Positions 55,587 to 64,000 of a stretch of DNA of 64,000 nucleotides are shown in pieces. Every line of letters begins with the position of its first letter. Position 1 is the stretch's first letter. Made by a program: the position numbers and the translations under genes. The notes under the pieces were generated by a model, which had not been told where the DNA came from, made no database searches, and saw nothing but the letters and a program-made list of their open reading frames with translations. The DNA is from a virus (taxonomy: Duplodnaviria; Heunggongvirae; Uroviricota; Caudoviricetes), in the IMG/VR virus record IMGVR_UViG_3300022661_000054; one strand, given 5' to 3'.

Positions 55587-55627
55587 AAAAAAAACGAAAA
55601 GCAAGTTTTCTAGGCTCGCTTTTCGTT
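55587..55627 (-). terminator. Intrinsic terminator after clamp gene
   Basis: AACGAAAAGC...GCTTTTCGTT plus a long T-run. Confidence 0.75.
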
Positions 55628-55635
55628 ATTACAAT

Positions 55636-56775
55636 TTATTCTTTAGTCCGCGTCTCAGCAATAACATTACTAATAGTGCCGCGATTTATAATAATAGATT
55701 TCTTATTGCCACAGTTCATAGTAATATGTTCATTTTTACAAGAGTCTAGAACAGCTTTAAGGTCAATCAGATTTACTCCCATAGAGTAACTTCCAGGAGT
55801 TGAGCTTCCGTTTTCAACTGTAATAACTTCTTTATTATCACCAGAAACATCTGAAATAGTAAGGTCAGTATCAGTAAACTCTACAACAGCCGGTACAAAA
55901 GAAAGGTCTGCTTTTGTACTACTATTCTTATAGAACATTAAAAGACGTCCAATAGCAGCAGAAAGGTCAGAAGCAGAGAGCACAAGATTGTGGTCATATA
56001 CTTCTTTAATAAGATTCTTCATTGCATCACAAGGTGCCTTAATCTTCTGAATACAAGTTTCATCATTAAGCAATCTAGAAGCCACATAAACGTCTTCATT
56101 TTGGAAAGTTACAATTGGCTGAAGAGAATTATCAGAATTTACTAAATGACCATAAGACATTAATACATCGGAGCCAAACAACTTAAATAACTTTACAACT
56201 TTATCTGTTAAAAGCAATTTAATAGGTTTTTCTAGTGTAAATGAGTTTACGCAAGCACCGGTAGTGAAAGTAAAACAACCTGTTTCATCAATATAATAAT
56301 AACGCTGAAGCTCATTTACATCAAGTCTTTTTGCCTTCTGAATTTCTTTACCGTTTACATTAAGAATACTCATCATAATATCATGAGCAATAGGCATTGA
56401 AACAGTTACCTGTTCAGGATCAAGCTTGATGACAGGAAGTTTCATAAGCTGGTCATTTTCATAAATCATAGCAAGCTTATAGGTACTTTTACCCGCTTTT
56501 ACGGCTACACTAGTGTCATTAATAGTAAGCTCAAATTCTTCTGTGTTAATACCTGAAATGAGATTTAGGAAGAGGTTGGCATCTACTACTGCACGAAAAT
56601 CTGTTGCTTCTTCAAGGTCAAATTTTACCGCAGCATAATATTCGCGATTAGTTACACGAAGAAAAAGAGTCGTGTCCTTTGCTGCGAGCTCGAGATTAGC
56701 CGCTGCACGGTCAAGACCGACGGCAACAAGAATTTTATTAGCAGCTTCTTGGAAAGTTTTTGTTTTTAAAATCAT
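55636..56775 (-). CDS. dnaN: DNA sliding clamp (beta/DnaN-like)
   Basis: 379 aa; LRVTNREY, VDANLFLNLI and GVNLIDLKAVL match the three-domain beta-clamp pattern; clamp loader nearby. Confidence 0.7.
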   Translation of the reverse strand: MILKTKTFQEAANKILVAVGLDRAAANLELAAKDTTLFLRVTNREYYAAVKFDLEEATDFRAVVDANLFLNLISGINTEEFELTINDTSVAVKAGKSTYKLAMIYENDQLMKLPVIKLDPEQVTVSMPIAHDIMMSILNVNGKEIQKAKRLDVNELQRYYYIDETGCFTFTTGACVNSFTLEKPIKLLLTDKVVKLFKLFGSDVLMSYGHLVNSDNSLQPIVTFQNEDVYVASRLLNDETCIQKIKAPCDAMKNLIKEVYDHNLVLSASDLSAAIGRLLMFYKNSSTKADLSFVPAVVEFTDTDLTISDVSGDNKEVITVENGSSTPGSYSMGVNLIDLKAVLDSCKNEHITMNCGNKKSIIINRGTISNVIAETRTKE

Positions 56776-56799
56776 ATGGTTACTCCTTTATTATTTTTT

Positions 56800-56810
56800 A
56801 TATTATACAG
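56800..56810 (-). promoter_or_regulatory. TGTATAATAT-class promoter
   Basis: CTGTATAATAT upstream of the clamp gene. Confidence 0.55.
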
Positions 56811-56818
56811 TTTTGTTT

Positions 56819-57517
56819 TTAAGGATTCCACACAAAACCTTCTTTAGCTAATCGTGCCTCTACAGCTTCAATTAACTCACCGCTCCAAAGCTGATTCATT
56901 ATGAACTCTTCAATAGTGTTTGTTGTTGTAATTAACTTCTCATTTAAAAAACCATTAAAACGACCAAGTGGGTAGTGTTCTAAGTCTACGTTATTATCAT
57001 TAATTTTACGGATTTCAATAGTAGTATTTTTACAATCAATTAAAAAATCAGCTTTATGTAGACTAGCTCGCGAACCGCCTCTGAAATTTCGCTTAACCTC
57101 ATAAGTGTTACCTTCAGAATCTACTAAGTCTGGTCTAGCATTACCAGAACCTGACTTAAAAACATAGTGAGAGTCATCACCAAACATAAGTTTTGGTAGC
57201 GTAAAACCAGAAAGAATATCTGTCCATTCCTTCTCATTACTATTATAAACAATCTCAAGCTCAGCTTTATTTGCATTATAAAAAGTAATTACGTCTTTAA
57301 GGCATTCGTCTAGGTTTCTTATTAATCTTTGATTATTAACATAATAAGGAATATTATGACAAATTACAGATAATGCCAGTAAGTCGCAAGCTGTTTCGTG
57401 TGAGACAGCTCCACGACCAACTAGTATTTCTCCAACATCATAATAATTAAATTCGCCTTTATTTACTATAATTCTTTGTGCAGCGCCATAAATCAACGCT
57501 TCACTATTGTGATACAT
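56819..57517 (-). CDS. Putative PD-(D/E)xK nuclease-fold protein
   Basis: RPDLVDSEGNTYEVKR. Confidence 0.45.
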   Translation of the reverse strand: MYHNSEALIYGAAQRIIVNKGEFNYYDVGEILVGRGAVSHETACDLLALSVICHNIPYYVNNQRLIRNLDECLKDVITFYNANKAELEIVYNSNEKEWTDILSGFTLPKLMFGDDSHYVFKSGSGNARPDLVDSEGNTYEVKRNFRGGSRASLHKADFLIDCKNTTIEIRKINDNNVDLEHYPLGRFNGFLNEKLITTTNTIEEFIMNQLWSGELIEAVEARLAKEGFVWNP

Positions 57518-57528
57518 ATAATTCTCCT

Positions 57529-58680
57529 TTAAAACTCTAAATCAATACCCTCAGTAATTGTCTTATAAATAGCATCTTCAGGAAGCTCAGGATGCTTAGC
57601 GTATAGCTTAGTGAAGGCTTCATCACGGTCTAGACCTTTGTCTGTTAACTTTTTAAATTCTTCTTGTACAGCAACAGCATACTCAGAAGTATACCAACGA
57701 GACTCGATAGCAGGGTCACACTTCATAGGAACATCAATATAAGGAGCTGCAGCATCAATCATAATTCTAGGAAGAATCTCTGAAGCCTGTTCAGCATAAA
57801 GTGCAGGACATTCAAGCATAACTTCATCGTGAATAGTCATAACAAGTTTAGCGTTGAGTTCTTTAAGCTCTTGACTGTTGTGAATCTGAATCATAGCTAA
57901 CTTAGTAAGTGAAGCTGCACTGCCTTGAATTCTAGCGTTAAGACACTGACGCTCTGCCTGAGCGATACGGCCTGTATTAGCAGACAGGATTACACCCTGC
58001 TTCATAGCTTCTTGAGCTAGCTGCTCAAAGTCTTTATTATTACGAGTCATTTTTGCTCTATTTACCCAAGAAGTTAGGGTAGCATCAATTAAAGGACGAT
58101 TTTCACATCCCAAAATAGGGTTAAAGGTCTTAGCTTCTACAGTAGCCTCATCTTTATAAGTAGCCTCGTAAGGATTTAAGAAGTAATCTGTAAGATGTCT
58201 TCTTCTGCCGGCCCAGTCTTCCACATAGCCATGAGTTCTTAAAAACTCTTTAGAGCTGTTAATAAGCTCTTCTACCTTAGGAAAGCTTTTAAAGAAGTTA
58301 TCAAAAATCTCCTGAGCTTCTGCCTTGGTTTTACCTGTTCTAGCAGCAAGCGTGCCGGTACCCATACCATAAGTAAGAGCAAGAAGTACCATTTTAGCAA
58401 CAGAACGGCGCTCTTTACCAGCTTTATTTAGGTGTGTTTTATGGCCGCACACAGTCTGTTTGCCGTCAAGCTCGATCACAGTACCTTCAGGATAGTGTTC
58501 GAGGTTATCTTCATAGTTATTATTGTAAATATTGGCTGCGATAACACAATAAAGGTCCTTACCTTCAAGATAGGCCTGTCTCATTGCAGGGTCTCCGCCA
58601 AGGAATGTAGTAATACGAGGTTCCTGAGCCGAATAGTCAGAACCTACAAGTTTATATAAAGTTCTAGTTTTTACTTTCAT
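57529..58680 (-). CDS. polA: Family A DNA polymerase, C-terminal part (motifs A, B, C)
   Basis: GSDYSAQEPR, RSVAKMVLLALTYG, NARIQGSAA and MTIHDE. Confidence 0.92.
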   Translation of the reverse strand: MKVKTRTLYKLVGSDYSAQEPRITTFLGGDPAMRQAYLEGKDLYCVIAANIYNNNYEDNLEHYPEGTVIELDGKQTVCGHKTHLNKAGKERRSVAKMVLLALTYGMGTGTLAARTGKTKAEAQEIFDNFFKSFPKVEELINSSKEFLRTHGYVEDWAGRRRHLTDYFLNPYEATYKDEATVEAKTFNPILGCENRPLIDATLTSWVNRAKMTRNNKDFEQLAQEAMKQGVILSANTGRIAQAERQCLNARIQGSAASLTKLAMIQIHNSQELKELNAKLVMTIHDEVMLECPALYAEQASEILPRIMIDAAAPYIDVPMKCDPAIESRWYTSEYAVAVQEEFKKLTDKGLDRDEAFTKLYAKHPELPEDAIYKTITEGIDLEF

Positions 58681-60545
58681 TAAAGTTTCCTCACAATCAA
58701 TTCATATTCCTTCTTCACAACATCATAATGAATAACCTCAAGGACCACAGGACCTTCATCTGTTAAGATCTGGTCAAGTGCTTTTAAGTCTTTTCCGTAC
58801 TTCCAACCGTCAACGGTTTCGATTTCAGAAACCTCTGGAATGGTAATACTATCTGCCTCAACTTCTACTTCATTAAATTCTTTCTTAGCAGTAAACAACA
58901 TACGCGTAATTTTACCATCACCGCGAGAAGGAATATTCTGAGAGTTAATACCTGAGATTTCAACAGGCGTATCACCATCAAGGAATTTAAACTCACCACC
59001 AGAAGAGAAACGACCAGTGTCAGTACCAACAGAGTTGAGCTTATAACGAATACGTCCGTCAGGCCAATGCTGTGCAAGTGCAGGAATTACGTCGATATAG
59101 GTTGAAATCAGCTTAACAATACCTCTACGCTCAAGAATCAGCTTACACAATGCAATATCAGTACGCTCAGCCAAAGCTTCCATTTCGTCTTTACCGGTAC
59201 CTCTTGGAGACTTCTTACTAACCGTTGGACACTCAAGAATGTCATAGAATAAAATTGCAAGCTGAGTAGGCGAAGCTAGATTAATAGGATCACCTAACTG
59301 TTCAATAGGTGCTTTGCCTACTTTATAACGTTTACCAGTTTTTTTATCTATAAATGGATATTTTTCCTCAAGTTTCGCTTGAGATAACTTAGATTTTTTT
59401 GGCTCGAACTGCTTAGCTTTTTCAGTTGCACCACTTTTTGGATCAGTTTTCCATTTATTAATCTTAGGTTTTAGTGCTTCTAATTCTTGATCAATTTTTG
59501 CATCAATATCTTCCAAGTTCTGATTAAATTTTGTTCTAAGTCTTTCGCCAAACTCCTGGTCAATACAGACACCAATAAGCTCAATATCACCGGCTACCTT
59601 AACGATAGGCATTTCAATATTAGTAAACAACCAATAAAGACGTTCATTACCAGGAGCCGTCAAAATAGCAACCTGATATACATAAAGTTTATCAGTCATC
59701 ATAGAGTCAGTAGCTGCATAAAGAGCGAAAATTTCAGGATCTACATACTTATATGGAACTATAAACAAATGTTCAATATCATATTTAGCTTGTGTTGGGT
59801 CGATTTTATCAATATACTGCCATTTCAAACCCATTTTTTCATTCTCATTGATGGTATGGGCACCGATCATGGTGTCCCAGTCAGGCTCAATTTCAATGTT
59901 ACAAGTACACTTAATAACCTCATAGTCGAACTTGCCGTTGTGCATTACAATGAAGGTACCGGCATCTTTAATACGCTGGAGCTGCTCTCGACAATCTTCT
60001 TCAGTAAGCTGCCATGCCAAACGTTCTCCAGTTTCAGGGTCAACATGATTGACAGGAATATATGCCTGCTTACCACCTTCATAATATAAACATAAACCCA
60101 TTAACTGACACGTCATTGGGTCGGTAGAGTTATTGGTCTCAGTATCTATCGCTACTCGGCCAAATTCAATGCACTTAGAAACATAGTCTTCAAATTCTTC
60201 TTTAGTTTTAATAACAACTACATTTTTTCGCTGCTTACCCAACACTTCAAGAACTTTAATTTTAATTAGTGCAAGCTTTTCAGCAAGTGTTACTTTCTTA
60301 GACTTTAGAATCTTGGTTGGGTCAGTTTCAGTTTCCTCTGGCTTAGAGATCTTTTTAACTAGTGCTTCTGGCTTTGGCTTATTGAGTTCGATATTAAAGT
60401 CTTCTAAGCCTTCACCTACAAAAAGGCTTTGATTAGTCAAGCTCTTATCAACAGTTTGTAACTTTTGCTTTTTTACTGGTGCTTCAGTACTAGCTTTAGG
60501 CACCGTATTAACTGTTAAATCAAAGCTATCAAACAGATTGTTCAT
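58680..60545 (-). CDS. polA: Family A DNA polymerase, N-terminal part (3'-5' exonuclease, thumb) with Hint-like tail
   Basis: IDTET, HNGKFD, YAATD, NLASPTQL, TGRFSS and SQNIP; start at MNNLF (GAGG RBS). Confidence 0.9.
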   Translation of the reverse strand: MNNLFDSFDLTVNTVPKASTEAPVKKQKLQTVDKSLTNQSLFVGEGLEDFNIELNKPKPEALVKKISKPEETETDPTKILKSKKVTLAEKLALIKIKVLEVLGKQRKNVVVIKTKEEFEDYVSKCIEFGRVAIDTETNNSTDPMTCQLMGLCLYYEGGKQAYIPVNHVDPETGERLAWQLTEEDCREQLQRIKDAGTFIVMHNGKFDYEVIKCTCNIEIEPDWDTMIGAHTINENEKMGLKWQYIDKIDPTQAKYDIEHLFIVPYKYVDPEIFALYAATDSMMTDKLYVYQVAILTAPGNERLYWLFTNIEMPIVKVAGDIELIGVCIDQEFGERLRTKFNQNLEDIDAKIDQELEALKPKINKWKTDPKSGATEKAKQFEPKKSKLSQAKLEEKYPFIDKKTGKRYKVGKAPIEQLGDPINLASPTQLAILFYDILECPTVSKKSPRGTGKDEMEALAERTDIALCKLILERRGIVKLISTYIDVIPALAQHWPDGRIRYKLNSVGTDTGRFSSGGEFKFLDGDTPVEISGINSQNIPSRGDGKITRMLFTAKKEFNEVEVEADSITIPEVSEIETVDGWKYGKDLKALDQILTDEGPVVLEVIHYDVVKKEYELIVRKL

Positions 60546-60572
60546 ACAAAACCTCACTTTAAAAATATTTAT

Positions 60573-60620
60573 ATATTATACTATACAATAAAAGCGTGCT
60601 CAAAATCAAGCACGCTTTTA
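60573..60620 (-). terminator. Terminator abutting TGTATAGTATAATAT promoter
   Basis: TAAAAGCGTGCT/AGCACGCTTTTA stem (60589-60620); promoter element at 60588-60573. Confidence 0.75.
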
Positions 60621-60636
60621 TATTTATTTAATATAA

Positions 60637-61542
60637 TTAGAAGCTAAAGCCACTAAAATTTCTAGTTGGTGCTGCATTGGTAACTTCAGAAGCTGCATTT
60701 ACAGGTCCTGCATTAAAAGGCGCAGTATTAGCAGCAGTGGTATTGATAGTAGGATTAGCAATAGTAGCTGCAGCTGCCGGCTGGGTCGGTGCTACATAAG
60801 GCTGCTGAGTAACGGTAGCTCCATAAGAACTTGCAACAGCTGCTGCACTGCTAGCAGTCTGCTGTGCGTTAGCCTGCACTCTTTCAGGAAACTGACCAGT
60901 GGTAAGGAAAGCATTAATTTCCTCAGGAGTCTTTTCCCAATAAGAATGGCGAGCAATATTAAAATTATTAAAAGCACTAAAATCAGCAGGAATCATATCA
61001 GGTTTAAATACAGGATGGTCTGCAGGAAGAATATCCATAGAATACGTGGTCTGCATATCACCGGCCTTACCATTACGAGTGATAAGTACAAGAGTGTTAC
61101 GAAGGTCACCAGCAATCATAAGCTTATTAGCAAGCTCACGAGAGAAGGCCGCAGGACGATCCCAGATTACAGGAGCTGGAGCTGTATAACCAGTCGCTGC
61201 ATTAGGGTCACGATAAGACACCATCATAGGAATAAACATCTTTTTAGCAGCCTTGCTAATAGAACCCTTAGGATTAGCATTGTGCGCTGAACAAAGGCCA
61301 CAGCCACCGGCGTTTACACCAAGAGGATTGAGGCAACTAACCTTCATCCACTTACCATTAATTCCAATAGTATGAACAGCTGCAAAGCTGAACTCATCTG
61401 TAGAGCTAAGATTGATACGAGCAATAGCAATATCACCATCGTCTTTTAGCTTAAAATAACCTACCTTAGTTCCATCACCATTGGCATTTGCCTGTGCCTG
61501 TGCTACTACATCCTGATACTGTGCATACGAAAATTGACTCAT
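60637..61542 (-). CDS. Single-stranded DNA-binding protein (gp32-like)
   Basis: YFKLKDDGD, H..C...CGLC, ITRNGKAGDMQTTY and a low-complexity tail; lies between primase and polymerase. Confidence 0.7.
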   Translation of the reverse strand: MSQFSYAQYQDVVAQAQANANGDGTKVGYFKLKDDGDIAIARINLSSTDEFSFAAVHTIGINGKWMKVSCLNPLGVNAGGCGLCSAHNANPKGSISKAAKKMFIPMMVSYRDPNAATGYTAPAPVIWDRPAAFSRELANKLMIAGDLRNTLVLITRNGKAGDMQTTYSMDILPADHPVFKPDMIPADFSAFNNFNIARHSYWEKTPEEINAFLTTGQFPERVQANAQQTASSAAAVASSYGATVTQQPYVAPTQPAAAATIANPTINTTAANTAPFNAGPVNAASEVTNAAPTRNFSGFSF

Positions 61543-61630
61543 TTTTAAATTTCTCCTTTAGTATTGTTTTTTTATTTTTTATTTATCATAAATACCGAAG
61601 ATCTCGGCATAATATAATACAGTTTAGCTA

Positions 61631-62602
61631 TTATGAATTTTTAGCATTCATCATAACTTTTTGAAATTCTTCATATGAAAGCTCATTCGGGTCTTTTTTA
61701 CCTATACCCCAATTAACTTCTTTTATAATAATTCGTTGGTCTAACCCTGCTCGAATAACATTAGCCATCCGTCGGCCGGCGCTGTCATTATCCATTGCAA
61801 GATAAAGAACTTTAATGGGTGATTTATTGATTGCAGCTATCTGACTTGGTGAAGGATTTCCAAAAGTTCCAATCGCAGGATAACCATAAGTATAACAAGT
61901 TAAAACATCAAATGGCCCTTCACAAATCATAGCTGTTTTAATATTATTTTTTATAATAAAATCTAGACAGTAAACAGGTTTTTCTTGGTCATCATCTAGA
62001 TAAAAGTTTTTATAAACAATTGACCTTCTTGGTGCCATAATAATGTTTCCGGCCACGTCAAAACAAGGAAATACTATTTGACTTGTCACTGGGTCATATT
62101 TAACTTTAAAAAGCTCACAAACTTCACGAGATAGTTTACGTTCGGCTAAGTACGGATGCCAGCTTTGAAGATTATCTAAATATGAAGCAGGTAATCGTGC
62201 AGAAGCTCGCTTAGGTTTGATTACTATATCATTTTCAGTTAAAATCTTAGCTTCAGAAAAAATGCCAAACTTATCTATAAGCCATTTTTTAGCAAAATCT
62301 TCTGAGCATTCAAAACACTCTGCAACAAAGTAAGTAAAAGAACACTTGAAATCGCAAGACCAGCATTTACAAAGACCGTATGGAATCTTAGAACTATCTC
62401 CTACATAGATATTCATAGAAGCGGCGGTTTCTCGACCACCTTTGTGGTGTCTGTTTGGGCAGGTTACAACTATGTTGTCGTCACCATCAGTCCAAGATTT
62501 TACTTCACGAAGCTTACCATTTGTTAACGCCATTTTTAACTGATTAATGACTTCATATAATGGAGTATCTATAATATAATTATCTACTCTAAGCACTCTC
62601 AT
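61631..62602 (-). CDS. dnaG: DNA primase (Zn finger + Toprim)
   Basis: CPNRHH...CWSC, ICEGPFD, MDNDSAG and KDPNE. Confidence 0.88.
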   Translation of the reverse strand: MRVLRVDNYIIDTPLYEVINQLKMALTNGKLREVKSWTDGDDNIVVTCPNRHHKGGRETAASMNIYVGDSSKIPYGLCKCWSCDFKCSFTYFVAECFECSEDFAKKWLIDKFGIFSEAKILTENDIVIKPKRASARLPASYLDNLQSWHPYLAERKLSREVCELFKVKYDPVTSQIVFPCFDVAGNIIMAPRRSIVYKNFYLDDDQEKPVYCLDFIIKNNIKTAMICEGPFDVLTCYTYGYPAIGTFGNPSPSQIAAINKSPIKVLYLAMDNDSAGRRMANVIRAGLDQRIIIKEVNWGIGKKDPNELSYEEFQKVMMNAKNS

Positions 62603-62620
62603 GTATTTTAGTAACCTTTC

Positions 62621-63940
62621 TTAAAACGGCGAGCTGTCATCAACAGGATAAGGTGAATCCATTGCATAGCTATTTTCAAGCTCTTCAAAGTCTTCCTCAG
62701 AAGTAACACCATCATCACCATTTGAAATATACCTATAAATACCAGTATTAAAATCCCATAAATAATCAAGCTTTCTTCCGTCGCCACCATCACGGGACTT
62801 GACAATATTAAGAGTTACCTTAAAAGACCCTTTATGATTATTGTCCTCTGTTTCTTGTTTATCCAACATAATAATAACGGTAGCATCTTGACCGATACGG
62901 TCAGATAAGGCAATCTGTGTGGTATCTTGTGTCTTATCTTCATTTTTAGTACGGTTCATCTGAGATACAGAAATAATTGGAATTTGCTTAAGTACTTGAA
63001 GATTTTTAATAGATTTTGAAATATTAGCTACCTTTTCATGCATTACTTTAGCTCTACTATTATCTTCAAGCAAAGAATATTGGTCAATGAAAAGTATATC
63101 TAAATGCTCTTTTTCTACGAATGCCTGAAGCGCGTCTACCGTAGCAGGACCTGCAATATCATTCGGTGTTAGCACTTTAATGGCTCCATAACCAGAGCAT
63201 TTTAAGCTATCTAAATAGTTTTTATAGTGGTCTTTATAGTATAGGTCGCCTCTAGAAATTTTTCTGTTATCAATCTTACCTAATAAAGTATCGACACGAT
63301 AAGCCACTTTATCTACAGACATTTCACCAGAGTAGAGTCCAACTGTCAAGCCCTGCTTTGCAGCAGCGACAAGCATAGCTAGTAGACACCAAGTTTTACC
63401 AACGCCACTTCTTGCTGCAATTACCATATTTTCATTTCTGCGGTCTATGCCTGTAATAATTCTATCTAGTTCTGGAAAGCCAGTAGAAATAAAATATTTA
63501 GACTGGTTAGCAATCATGTCAAGATAACGGTCATATCTAGAGGTATCTGACATGATATCAGTACACTGCAGTGCTGAACCTATATGAAGCTTTTCAGTTG
63601 ACTCTAGAAAATACTTCATAGCTCCAGCCGTGTCATCAGCTTCCAATAGTTTTTTTACCCCATTAAAACGAGATGCCAAGTAACTTTGATTGTAATCATT
63701 ATATAACTGTTCAATAAGATAATTATCAGGCTCATTGACATCCTGAATAACAAAATCAGGAAAACTATTCAAAAACGTCAGACGATCTGGCACGGTGTGA
63801 TAAGTGTCATAATGAGCTTTAATAAACTCGTACTCTGCCTTATAACTGAAGAAGTGCTCAACAGTTAAGTTATTTAAGGTAATAAAAGAGTAATCTTTAT
63901 TTTGAAGAATTTTATTTATAATCTGAAACTGTGATGTCAT
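62621..63940 (-). CDS. dnaB: Replicative DnaB-family helicase
   Basis: STGFPELD, AARSGVGKT, SGEM, FIDQY, SQMNR and KSRDG. Confidence 0.92.
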   Translation of the reverse strand: MTSQFQIINKILQNKDYSFITLNNLTVEHFFSYKAEYEFIKAHYDTYHTVPDRLTFLNSFPDFVIQDVNEPDNYLIEQLYNDYNQSYLASRFNGVKKLLEADDTAGAMKYFLESTEKLHIGSALQCTDIMSDTSRYDRYLDMIANQSKYFISTGFPELDRIITGIDRRNENMVIAARSGVGKTWCLLAMLVAAAKQGLTVGLYSGEMSVDKVAYRVDTLLGKIDNRKISRGDLYYKDHYKNYLDSLKCSGYGAIKVLTPNDIAGPATVDALQAFVEKEHLDILFIDQYSLLEDNSRAKVMHEKVANISKSIKNLQVLKQIPIISVSQMNRTKNEDKTQDTTQIALSDRIGQDATVIIMLDKQETEDNNHKGSFKVTLNIVKSRDGGDGRKLDYLWDFNTGIYRYISNGDDGVTSEEDFEELENSYAMDSPYPVDDSSPF

Positions 63941-64000
63941 TTGTTATCCTCCAATTTTTTCAAAACTCTTTTATCAGCGCCGAATAATTCAATATCAATT
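63937..64000 (-). CDS. C-terminal end of upstream gene, DnaC/IstB-like helicase loader (partial)
   Basis: ...IDIELFGADKRVLKKLEDNK*; GxDxR tail typical of the family; ATGA overlap with dnaB. Confidence 0.45.
   Translation of the reverse strand, partial: IDIELFGADKRVLKKLEDNK

Noticed and set aside
58680-58883. Group I intron or active intein in polA
   Set aside because: There is no non-coding gap between the ORFs and the splicing residues (block A nucleophile, TxxH, terminal HN) are not visible; kept only as a degenerate Hint-like hypothesis.
1859-61290. Plus-strand ORFs in the track (e.g. 15663-16103, 20801-21199, 53000-53653, 59487-60089)
   Set aside because: All are antisense shadows of well-supported minus-strand genes, often Ser-rich mirrors of acidic tracts, with no RBS or recognisable motifs.
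7569-62805. Short alternative-frame minus-strand ORFs nested in genes (e.g. 7569-7805, 31997-32206, 58865-59077)
   Set aside because: They lie wholly inside longer genes with no RBS or motif; expected by chance.
1-64000. Stop-codon reassignment as seen in some large gut phages
   Set aside because: Genes are intact and dense in code 11, and TAA, TAG (3425) and TGA (2475) all end genes.

Overview
A 64 kb segment of a large, AT-rich, contractile-tailed dsDNA phage. Every credible gene is on the minus strand, in standard code 11. Strong GGAGG RBSs, a sigmaA-type promoter and RecU point to a Bacillota host (inference). In transcription order (right to left) it has four blocks. (1) Replication/recombination: DnaB helicase, primase, gp32-like SSB, a family A DNA polymerase split into two ORFs, beta-clamp, RecU, RecA, DnaX/HolB/HolA clamp loader, SbcCD and TopA. 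Three apparently catalytically dead host-enzyme homologues sit among them (peptide deformylase, HD domain, thioredoxin reductase). (2) A late-promoter block of enzymes before the terminase: MoxR-type AAA+, HExxH zincin, vWA, pol-beta nucleotidyltransferase and a SWIM finger. (3) T4-like head genes: terminase, portal, protease-scaffold fusion, major capsid and neck. (4) Tail genes: sheath, tube, chaperone with a likely programmed frameshift, tape measure and hub. The most notable signals are an 11-copy intergenic late-promoter motif (GCTAAATTA); a candidate set of capsid-packaged, prohead-protease-processed enzymes sharing L-x-E sites and an EAFxELxxLxE leader; a split Pol A with an intein(Hint)-like but non-catalytic segment at the break; and a promoter-proximal GC-rich hairpin RNA. 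All family assignments come from motif recognition by eye; no searches were run.
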